Positions 21,840 to 33,500 of a DNA stretch of 64,000 bases are shown one piece after another. Position numbers and translations under genes: made by a program. Each line of letters opens with the position of its first letter. Position 1 is the first letter of the stretch. Origin of the DNA: Macrostomum hystrix (taxonomy: Eukaryota; Animalia; Platyhelminthes); assembly GCA_950097015.1 (NCBI GenBank), contig CATNEN010000007.1:6324001-6388000 (forward strand), read 5' to 3'. The notes beneath the pieces are model-generated. The model did no database searches, was not told where the DNA came from, and saw only the letters and a program-made list of their open reading frames with translations.

Positions 21840-24800
21840 ATGAACGAAGTAGCCGACAACCGGAAGGTGGTTGTGGACCCCAACCCGCTGTCTGACATTG
21901 TCCGTCGAGCCGAAAAGCTTCGCAATGAGGCGGCTGACGCCGGCGGAGTTCTCTACCCGTGCGGCCTCTGCCACAAAGTGTTCAAGTTCAAATATGAGTA
22001 CGAGCGGCACGCCAAGGTACACAGCGGCGACCGGCCCTGGCAGTGCGGCCAGTGCTTCAAATCGTTCAGCCGCAAGGACAACATGCGGGCCCACATGAAG
22101 ATCCACACCGGTGAACTAGTCAGGCACCAGTGCGACCGGTGCGGCAAGACCTACGGCAGAAAGTACGACTTGCAGGTTAGTGAGATTAACGCACCGCTTC
22201 GGGGATTTTCATAGGAAAAGGGAAAGGCATTTTCACATTAGTTGCTCGAATCAGGATTTCATGTTGGGATCAGGATTTCATGTTCGGATCAGGATTTCGT
22301 GCTGGGATCAGGATTTCATGTTGGGATCAGGATTTCATGTTGGGATCAGGATTTCATGTTGGGATCAGGATTTCATGTTGGGATCAGGATTTCATGTTGG
22401 GATCAGGATTTCATGTTGGGATCAGGATTTCATGTTGGGATCAGGATTTCATGTTGGGATCAGGATTTCATTTAGGGATCAGGATTTCATGTTGGGATCA
22501 GGATTTCATTTAGGGATCAGGATTTCATGTTGGGATCAGGATTTCATTTAGGGATCAGGATTTAATGTTGGGATCAGGATTTCATGTTGGGATCAGGATT
22601 TCATGTTAGGATCAGGATTTAATGTTGGGATCAGGATTTCATGTTGGGATCAGGATTTCATGTTGGGATCAGGATTTCATGAATGTTGGGATCAGGGTTT
22701 CATGTTGGGATCAGGATTTCATTTAGGGATCAGGATTTCATGTTGGGATCAGGGTTTCATGTTGGGATCAGGATTTCATGTTGGGATCAGGGTTTCATGT
22801 TGGGATCAGGATTTCATTTAGGGATCGGGATTTCATGTTGGGATCAGGATTTCATGTTGGGATCAGGATTTCATGTTGGGATCAGGATTTCATGTTGGGA
22901 TCAGGATTTCATGTTGGGATCAGGGTTTCATGTTGGGATCAGGATTTCATGTTGGGATCAGGGTTTCATGTTGGGATCAGGATTTCATTTAGGGATCGGG
23001 ATTTCATGTTGGGATCAGGATTTCATGTTGGGATCAGGATTTCATGTTGGGATCAGGATTTCATGTTCGGATCAGGATTTCGTGCTGGGATCAGGATTTC
23101 ATGTTGGGATCGGGATTTCATGTTGGGATCAGGATTTCATGTTGGGATCAGGATTTCATGTTGGGATCAGGATTTCATGTTCGGATCAGGATTTCGTGCT
23201 GGGATCAGGATTTCATGTTGGGATCAGGATTTCATGTTGGGATCAGGATTTCATTTAGGGATCAGGATTTCATGTTGGGATCAGGATTTCATGAATGTTG
23301 GGATCAGGATTTCATGTTGGGATCAGGATTTCATGTTGGGATCAGGATTTCATGTTGGGATCAGGATTTCATGAATGTTGGGATCAGGGTTTCATGTTGG
23401 GATCAGGATTTCATTTAGGGATCAGGATTTCATGTTGGGATCAGGGTTTCATGTTGGGATCAGGATTTCATGTTGGGATCAGGGTTTCATGTTGGGATCA
23501 GGATTTCATGTTGGGATCAGGATTTCATGTTGGGATCAGGATTTCATTTAGGGATCAGGATTTCATGTTGGGATCAGGGTTTCATGTTGGGATCAGGATT
23601 TCATTTAGGGATCGGGATTTCATGTTGGGATCAGGATTTCATGTTGGGATCAGGATTTCATGTTGGAATCAGGATTTCATGTTGGGATCAGGATTTCGTG
23701 CTGGGATCAGGATTTCATGTTGGGATCAGATCCAGATTTTATGATGGACAACTTAGGATATTTAGGCTAATAGATATGTATATTTAAGAGTTGGTTTTAA
23801 CTTTCGTGGAAATGTGAAATAGTTTTTCACTATGGGTAAAAATGTTTAAGAATTTCGGATCCAAAGTTTGTAAGGTTATTAAAATATTATATGAAGGATG
23901 AAGGCTTGGCTGCATCTTCAATCTACATAACTATGCTGTGAGCTTTTGTAAAGTAACGTTTAGGGTCCTTCTATGTAGATGTTTCTCGATGTATGACGCA
24001 AGCTTTGGCCGCAAGGCGTGAGTCAATGACGTCACGTAAGGGTTGTTTATACTCAGTCTGTAGGCCTAAATTAGCTACACTGGCATTGTTTAAGCTGTCG
24101 TTGCTTTTGGTGCTAATTCCTTTTTCGCATAATCTTCAAAGTAGTGATGCGATGTTAAATGATGATTAGAGCTAAATGAAGCAACAGCTGTGAGGGATAG
24201 CTGCTGTACATTGTTACCACTGTCTCTTCTCTCCCGTATCTCATCTCTTCACTGTCTCGTCTCTCCCGTGTCTCACCTCTCCACTGTCTCATCTCTCCCC
24301 TGTCTCATCTCTCCCGTGTCTCATCTCTTCACTGTCTCATCTCTCCCGTGTCTCATCTCTCCACTGTCTCATCTCTCCCGTGTCTCATCTCTCCCGTGTC
24401 TCGTCTCTCCACTGTCTTATCAATCCCCTATCTCGTCTCTCCGCTGTCTTGTCTCTCTCGTGTCTCATCTCACAGTCTTATCTCTCTCTTTTCTCGTCTC
24501 TCCCGTGTCTCATATCTTCACTGTCTCACCTGTCCACTGCCACATCTCTCCACCGTCTCATCTCTAAACGTTCTCATCTCTCCTGTCAATGCGGCTTGCT
24601 GCCGTATCTTGTGCTCTTTCCTTCTCTCCTCTACTTATACTCGCGAGGTATGTAGGGTGGCTGACCCCCGAGGAAAGGGGAAAGTTTTCTAGAAGGAAAA
24701 CTAATTGTCGATATCCCACAGTATAAAAGCATAATGGCGAATTGTACTTTTATCCTTCACAAATTGTACCTATCGCTACAGGTGCATGAGCGGGTGCACA

Positions 24801-25402
24801 GCGGCGAGCGGCCCTTCCAGTGCGCCTCCTGCGGCAAGTCGTTCATCAGCACCAGCCGGCTGCGGGCGCACCAGCTGATTCACTGCAAGAACATCTACCT
24901 GCCCAGGCACGTGCGCAACAAGGCCCTCTCCGACTTGAGGCTGCTCAACTCGAGTAGCCAGCCGATGTCGCCACTGCTGCCGCCTTCGACGGCAGGCGAA
25001 ATCGAGATCGATCTGGACGATGTTGAAGCCGACGACGATGATGCGGAGCTGCAGCAGCTGGACGAGGCGGAGACGGCGTCGTCCTCGGCGGCATCGGCAG
25101 CAGCGGTGCGGCCATCGCCTAACAGCGACTCGGCGGTTGGCAGCCCGGGAGACTACAGCGGCCAGAGCGAGGAGCAACTGCCCGCTGTCTGCCGCATCGA
25201 CGTGGCCGCCAAGATGCGCCAGCTCGAGGCGACGCTGATGCAGCGCAAGGCGGAGCTGGCCCAGCGCGGCATCAAGGTCGAGGTGGACGCCATGCTGGAT
25301 CTGGACTTCCGCCTGCTCGACAACGAGGTCCAGTTTGACATCGTCCTGCCGGAGCCTTGCAAGGCGGAGCCCTCGGAAGGCTGCTTCGCCTACGCGACCT
25401 GA
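21840..25402 (+). CDS. C2H2 zinc-finger protein (4 fingers, acidic C-terminal region, about 318 aa)
   Basis: Exons 21840-22175 and 24782-25402 join as YDLQ|VHERVH. Fingers CGLC..H..H, CGQC, CDRC, CASC with SGDRPW and SGERPF linkers. Confidence 0.92.
22250..23729. repeat. 19-bp intronic minisatellite (AGGATTTCATGTTGGGATC), about 77 copies
   Basis: Read directly; source of the spurious [19 protein letters not shown] ORFs. Confidence 0.98.
24220..24590. repeat. Degenerate CT-rich ~16-bp repeat (TGTCTCATCTCTCCMS)
   Basis: Read directly. Confidence 0.85.
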
Positions 25403-26011
25403 CCGCAGCCGCCATTCCATGCGCTGACCCCATCCTTGGAGCCAGTCTCTGCCAATCAAGTGGAATTCTCAGTCTATTTGAACATGTAAAATCAGGCTTA
25501 TTTCCTTAATTTCTGTTTCTTTAAGCATAGCAATGGTGCTCCATGCTATTTCATTTATTTTTTTTTGATTGAGCAGTCCACGCTCATTTCACTTGTTACT
25601 AGCTATCCGTTTGCACTTTTGCTGCCGATGTAGAGAGGTGAGAATTGTGGCAACCTGGCTCATTTTTCTTATTTGTTGAATATTTTCTGACTGGTGTCTC
25701 AGCATTACCTCCGTGTGCGAGTGGCTTCTCCTTGAACTCGACTTTTATCATGACCAGCTTTGAGCTGACATTGCAGCCGATCTTGTTTGCTGTTTTGTTG
25801 GTTATTTTTTTACAGATTATTTACTGTTAGCAGGTTCCTAGCGCACCTGACACACCTCTGCTGCCAATTACACTCGGTTGCTGCCTGCTGCACCTGTACA
25901 GCTTTTGTTTTGTTGGTAACAAATAAACTTGGCTCACCACTTATCAGTGACTGATCGATACACGTTCAATCGAGCATCTTCTGCATTCTGTCACTGCCTT
26001 GGCGACAGATG

Positions 26012-26797
26012 AGAGGGACTGGGGAAATGGCACCAGCTGACACACTGAGGGACTGGGGAAATGGCACCAGCTGACACAATGAGGGACTGTGGAAACGGCA
26101 ACAGCTGACACACTGACGGACTGGGGAAATGGCACCAGCTGACACACTGACGGACTGGGGAAATGGCACCAGCTGACACACTGAGGGACTGGGGAAATGG
26201 CACCAGCTGACACAATGAGGGACTGTGGAAACGGCACCAGCTGACACACTGACGGACTGGGGAAATGGCACCAGCTGACACACTGACGGACTGGGGAAAT
26301 GGCACCAGCTGACACACTGACGGACTGGGGAAATGGCACCAGCTGACACACTGACGGACTGGGGAAATGGCACCAGCTGACACACTGAGGGACTGGGGAA
26401 ATGGCACCAGCTGACACAATGAGGCACTGTGGAAACGGCACCAGCTGACACACTGACGGACTGGGGAAATGGCACCAGCTGACACACTGAGGGACTGGGG
26501 AAATGACACCAGCTGACACAATGAGGGACTGGGGAAATGGCACCAGCTGACACAATGAGGGACTGGGGAAATGGCACCAGCTGACACAATGAGGGACTGT
26601 GGAAACGGCACCAGCTGACACACTGACGGACTGGGGAAATGGCACCAGCTGACACACTGACGGACTGGGGAAATGGCACCAGCTGACACACTGACGGACT
26701 GGGGAAATGGCACCAGCTGACACACTGAGGGACTGGGGAAATGGCACCAGCTGACACACTGACGGACTGGGGAAATTGCACCAGCTGACACACTGAA
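26012..26797. repeat. 34-bp minisatellite (GGACTGGGGAAATGGCACCAGCTGACACACTGAS)
   Basis: Read directly; about 23 copies. Confidence 0.97.
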
Positions 26798-27562
26798 GGA
26801 CCTGGTCAAATGTAAAGCTGGGTAAGGTTAAGTGGGAGCAAATGTTTTAGGACAAGTTTTTAGGCAAGTATTAATTCATTATTGTGGCAATGAGAACATA
26901 AATAATTGAAACCAGATAAAGCAAAGTTTCGCGCAAAATTCTTGAGTTAAAAGGGACTTAAAAGTGTGATGCCGGGGAAAACGCGTTGCGCCAATCCCAA
27001 GCAAACAGTTTATTTGACTGTGAATGACGCATGTTAATCAGGGCTTGACTGCATGACGTTTCTGTGGTCATATTTAGAAAAATAGATTTTAATTAGCATT
27101 CTAATGATTCAGAATACATGTTGGATCGCTAAATAAAAAAACTATCTAGCTAAGATGTTTTGCAGCAACAAAAAGCCATACAAAAAGCTAATCAGGTTCA
27201 ACGCGATACTACTAATAGTAAAGAGTTGCGGCAAGTGCACTCGACTTGCAAATTTTACACAAGAGCAAATCAAATATACAAAGGTTTATCGTCGAACAAA
27301 AAAACACTAAGTTTGAAGTATAAATGAGAGAAAATAGAATAGCGTTGGATAAAACTGCTTCACTAGTACTTGCTTTGAACAGGGAGACATTTGAACTCAA
27401 AAGCAACACAAAATAATACACAGGGTCACAACAGAGAAGGATTAAAAACTGCACAAATGTAACACGAGCAGAATAAATAAGTAGCAGCAGTTATCTCTGA
27501 ATTCTATAGCAGATTTCATTGCAGCTAAACGGATGTCACCGGTGGCTGGAAAGATGCATCAC

Positions 27563-30500
27563 TCAAGCATCTTCTCTTAGCTCGCTCTTCACCGAAGCTT
27601 CAGGCGACGCCTCCGCGGCGGCGACACTGTACGGCTCCGACAGCACCGGCGGGCCGGATGGAACAGCAGCCGTTCCTTCGGCGCCCTCCTCCTCCTTCTT
27701 CACCAGCACCTGGATCTCCATCATCACCAGGCCGCTATAATCATCGGAATCGTCAGCCTCCACCTCCGGCTGCTCCTCATCATTGCCGCCACCGCCTCCG
27801 CCATCCTCCTCTCCTCCGCCGTTATCGTAGCCCTCTTCGTCGTCAACATCCTCATCCTCCTCAGTCAGGTCCGGCGCAGATCTAGATGGCCATAGCGATG
27901 CTGTCGGATCGACTTGCGAAGTCTGATAGACGGCGCAGACGCCGCCGCCGCTGTAGGCTGCATCTCCCGGGGCCAGCCGCACCGTGCGCAGACCCGGCCG
28001 CAACAGGCCCGGAGTCTCGCCCAGCAGCCAGGCCAGCGCGGCCGACGTCTCGGAGGGCGAGGCCGCCGAGGCCAGTCGTCGCAGGCTGTCGTCAAGCTTC
28101 TGGCCGATGCGCTGTCGAGGTTGTCGCCGATTTTTAGCGCAGCTCGACCGCCGGTGGAACAGGCTCTCGCAGCCGGCCGCCTGAACGAGGCGCAGCTGAG
28201 CCCGCTGCTCAGTCAGCCGCAGCTCCGTCCAATCCCAGCAGCTCACGCTGGCAACGACCTCAGTGCCACCAGCCGCAAGCTGGACGCGTCGGCGATTTCG
28301 AGCGAGGAAAATCGGCGGCAGCGCAGTTTCAACAACGTCGTCAGGGTCCGGTCGCTGCAGCTGCTGCAGGTAGCGGCACCAATGCTGGGCGGCGGTTGCC
28401 GTGGCTGCAACTGACGGCGCGGCGGCATCTTCAGCGGCTCCGCGTCCTCTCTGCTGCTGCTGAATGGACGCCGACGAGGCTGACGGTTGCGAGTCAGCGG
28501 CTTGCAGGAGGCGAATGGTCAGAACGCGATCTTGCGGATTAAGGCTCATGTGGTACAGCTGCTGCTGCTGCTGCTGATCCTGGGAGTCGGACGGATCTAA
28601 CCTCGCGCGGCTGCATAAGGTGGAATTTCGAGACGACAATCTTATTAGGTAACAATTGTATCGCTTTGATTTTTTTGCATAGATACAAATAACACTTATC
28701 CCAGCTGGGCCAGATTGACAGCTAGTGCCACATCCCCAGCTATTGCATGGAAATGTCTTGTTCGGGTGATACAACTAGTTTCCGAAGGGGCCGAGATTGC
28801 GAAATCATTGACCTCTCAGTTAAAAGTCTGTGGCTCTAACCACTAGGCCTCAACCTGCCCGCCGAAAATGCGAAACCATTGACCTCTCAGTTAAAAGTCT
28901 GTGGCTCTAACCACTAGGCCTCAGCCTGCCCGCCGAGAATGCGAAATCATTGACCTCTCAGTTAAAAGCCTGTGGCTCTAACCACTAGGCCTCAACCTGC
29001 CCGGTAAGCCGTGCTCGTAAAGAGATTAGTTCTCCGCGCATGAAAAGTAAACTGTCACTGACTCACCGACTGCCGTCCTCAGAACTGGCTGCAACACCAG
29101 CAAATGGCTGCTGCCCGCGTTGGGCCAAGTAGAACTGGCGCAGCAGCCGGCGCGAGGGCTCATCAGTCACGAGGATGTGTAGCTGGCGCACCGCCAGCGA
29201 CAGCAGCCGGTCGAGTGTGAAGATTCGATAGTGACGCGAGCCCAGCATGTCGCGAACGCGATCCTCGAAGGTGGCAGGGTCCAGATTGCCGTTGACCATG
29301 GAGGTGGCCAGATACATGAAAGATGAGAAAATCTTAAAGGATCGGCTGCCCGCAGACGCAGCGGTTGGCGCAAGCTCGGCAGCGGTGGCAAGTGCGCCGG
29401 CTTTGACTTCCGCAATGCGCTCGGCCAGCATGTGAAACAGGCGTAGGAAGGAATACACAGTGATGTTACCTGGAAAAAAACACAATAAAATTATTTGCTT
29501 TTAGTAGGCAGACAAAGGATGAAAACAAGTTTTACAGAACAAACCTAATAGCGGGCGCTTCTCTGTCGGATTGACCGGATCTGATCCCTCGATGACGATG
29601 ACGCCTCTGCTGTCGCCGACGTCCTCATCGCCGGGAAGAATTGGAATCCGGGAGTCGGCGGTGACATCGCAAAGCCATCTGCGTAGCAGGCGTTTCATTG
29701 CGGCGCGCTCCTCCAAGCCGACGCCTGTGAGGCGTCTCGCCTGCAGGGTCAGCAGTTCGATGGCGTCTTTCCTAGCACTGGCCGCGTCAGCTGGCATTGC
29801 TAAGCGAAGCATCTGGCCGGGTTTGGTAGCGATCTCGTTCACTAAAGCCCGCGTGCGCATCTGGCGCAAGTCGGCCAGCTTAAAGGCCTGACCCTGCGGC
29901 GGCGATGGTGGAGGATTCGAGGGCGATAGTTAATTATCTTTCACAAACATATTTTAGAACCATAGCAGCAACTATCCGACTCTTACCTGGTGATCCAAGC
30001 TCCTGGCATAGTTTTTATCAACCTGCTCGCGCCACACATTGTTAAACGCTGCGTGAGCTTCACGCCATTCAGCAGCCTTGGCTTTCAATCGCCGAAGAAT
30101 AAGCGGCACAGCCACCGCCGGGTTCTCTTGCATGCACTGGATCGCCGCCTGGGCCTTGTCACCATAGACCCTGTGTAAGACGGGATGGTAAAAATGTTTC
30201 ATTTTCAGGCCTATTTCACGCAAGAGATCGCAGGAAAAAGACAGTTTAATCAAACTAATTCCTAAGACAAATATTAATAAAAAGGTTAAAGAAAAAATAA
30301 AAGAAAAAATTGCTTGCTTCCAGATTTGGATCGAGTACTGTAGGATACAAATGCAGAAAGTACAGCATTTGATAACTAGGATTAGGACGAGAACGGATAA
30401 TCTGGGACTTTAATGCTCGGCTGGACAGCGGCAGTGGCAGAAATAGAGCCAAAGAGAATGCGAGGGGCTTGGCGAATAACGACAGTGTCTCTGACTGCAT

Positions 30501-33500
30501 GTCGCCGAATGGAAAATTGGGCAGAATGGGCTAAACGTTGGCGGGCGGAAAATCCCCGGCGATCAATATGCTTCTGTTGGTTTCCAAGACCTAGAGGCTA
30601 TCATTAAATTGCGACTTATCCCTTTCTAGTCATCCCCATTCCTTCTTCATCTCTGAGCTGTTCTGGTCAATGCAGCGTGTCAGCGAAATTGGTGGGACTC
30701 GCAAGCAGCTCTGCAGAATAAATTGAATGTGGCACAGTAGCAGGAAAGCGAGCAGCATAGATCGGGTGAGGATAAAGAAAGCAGTGGAATGCCTCCGAAA
30801 CAGTCCAGCGTACTGAGTAAAAACCAATACAGATTAAGAATGCGCCAACCACGGATACGCCAAAGCAGCGCTAGCACGAAATGTACTGCTACATTCGGAA
30901 TGCTTTCGACAGCAAAATGAGAGACAAACATCTCGGCATTTTAAAGCACCCAAGGATTTACAAAACGAACAGATGGTATAAGGATAGCCGAAATAGCTAA
31001 GGATTGTTATTCATGATGGTCACAAACTGTTCAGTAGTTTTTGCATGAGCTCAACAAAGGAGATAAGTGGCAGCAACAGTTTAGCCAATAGCGGAGAAGA
31101 CCAGTAAATGTCTTATTCTATATAAAAGCTACATAGCATTTAAACTGACTGAGATTTTACACCGAAAGAACAGGCAATGGAAAATGACCGCTACTCGCCG
31201 TTCCGACGATTCACACCAGAGTCTGTGGAGCGCATTCTATATAGACAGAAGGATGGGACATTTCTAGGCCAAGCTTTAAGCGTACACGCTTCACGGTTTG
31301 GAGTGGCACAGGTAAACTCAAAATCAGCAGCTCCGCTTGTTGGAAGGCATCGAGCAGCACAATTGCAAGCCACTGCGTCAGCAGAGAAAGCAGAAGCTAC
31401 AGGGAATGATAAAGCTGCATGCACAGACACGGACGAGAAGCGGCCGAATCCAAAGCTCGCGGCTGGCATGAAACTGCCACCAGATTTAAGCGACCGATTT
31501 CCAGTCAAGAAATTAAGCGGCGTCATTTTGGAGGATATAGATGAGTACTATGCTGACAAGCTCACATGTGTTGTTATCGCGCGGGACAAAACAATATTTA
31601 GATTTTCAGCCACAAAAGCGCTCATGGTTATGTCACCGTTCAATCCAATTAGACGCTGTGCTATACACATTTTAACACACCCAGCCTTTTCTTTGCTAGT
31701 GCTGCTTGCTATAATCTGCAACTGTGTCTTTATGGCAATGAACAGCAATTCAGAGGCTGTCGAGTATACCTTCACTACGATATATACAGCCGAAGCAACT
31801 ATCAAGGCCTTGTCCAGAGGATTGATTCTATCAAAATTTACATACTTGCGCGACGCATGGAACTGGCTAGACTTCATAGTCATCGGTTTGGCCTACATTA
31901 TGTTTTTTAGTCAGGCTTTAGGAAATCTTAGTGCATTGCGTTCACTTCGCGTTTTGCGAGCTCTAAAGACAGTTACTACAGTGCCAGGCTTGAAGACCAT
32001 AGTTGGTGCCTTGATGGAAGCTGTAAAAAGGTTAAGGGATGTCGGAATCTTAACAATATTTGTGTTGAGCATATTCGCACTCGTCGGACTGCAAGTATAC
32101 AAGGGCACACTTTTGCAAAAGTGTGTAACGAAATTTAATTTGACAGAGTACCTCAACATAGAGCAACTAGCAAATTATTCCGACTTGAGTACAAGCGAGC
32201 AAAAAAATCTGGAGCAGAAATTGAAAAAAATCCACGGAAACAACTACAGCAACTGGTACAGAAACCCGAACGTAAGGGTATGTTCTTTATCTGACCAAGT
32301 CGGACAACAGTGTCCTGATGGCTACGAGTGCTTCCGCACCGATGAATTTAATCCTGACTATGGGTATACCAACTTTGACAACTTTGGCTGGTCGATGCTG
32401 TGTGCTTTCCGGCTAATGACACAAGACTGTTGGGAAAGCTTGTACCAACTTATCATTCGGACCAACGGAAAGCCGCACGTGTTTTACTTCGCATTCGTAA
32501 TCATGCTTGGCTCCTTCTTTCTTATGAATGTCATCCTAGCCATAGTGGCCATGGCCTACGATGAAGTAAGAAGACAGGATAAACTGGATGAGGAGGAAGA
32601 GGCTGCACGAAAGCAAGAAGAGGAAAGACAAGCACAGCAGTCAAACACAGAAGGCCAGGGCTCAGACAGTTATTACTCGGGTGAAATGAGCTGTTTAAGC
32701 TTACGTGACATTTACAAGGCTGCCGGTATACCTCTTGATAGATTAAAGAGAAGCGTAGAGCAGCTCAGCATGCGCTCTGACAAAATTGAAGGTGGACTAA
32801 TGCGCGAAAAGGTTGTCGTCGATGGACCCATGCTGAATTTGCAAAATCAACTACGCAAGAGTCTGAGCTTGCCTAGCTCACCGTGTATCAGGCACAAAGA
32901 CAGGTTTCATCTAAAGCCAACAGACTGTACGCGATTTAACATTCTGGAGGCAGTCAGGTTCCCATATGCTGATGATTCGTCTGCTCAGACACCTGCATCG
33001 GAGCACAATCAAGAGGAAAAAAATCAAAATAGAGGAATAAAAAACCAGGTACAAATCTGCACATTAGGTGGCGTTGATATCGCGACAGATGGATTTCGAA
33101 ATAGAAGAAGCGGCAACTTAAAGAACAATATCTTCATATGCAGCAAAGATGGACAGGATAGACCAACCATCAACCTTGTTTCAAATGAAGAGTACAAAAA
33201 GTCTGCAGCACTCGACCATTCACAGCTACTCAGTAGGAGACAAAGTAATACTTATCTACGAGAAAGGGAAACTCGAGCGCAGACCATCGACATACAAGAC
33301 ATAGTCAAACTAAGAATCCTAGTAGAAAATGCTGCAGAAACAGGTGGCAATGGACTAGATTGCATAGACAAAGAAGCCAAGAGAAAGGAAAATAAATCAG
33401 AATATCTCAAGCGACGCTTTCTGGAGAAATTCTGTCATAGTTGGGAATGCTGCCATTGTTGGAAAGCCTTAGAAAAATATGTAGCTTTTGTTATTTTGGA

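Noticed and set aside
22180-26809. [19 protein letters not shown] and CQLVPFPQS repeat ORFs
   Set aside because: Open in several frames because of 19- and 34-bp minisatellites.
28790-29002. Functional tRNA-Lys genes
   Set aside because: Anticodon stem, T loop and acceptor stem do not pair properly.
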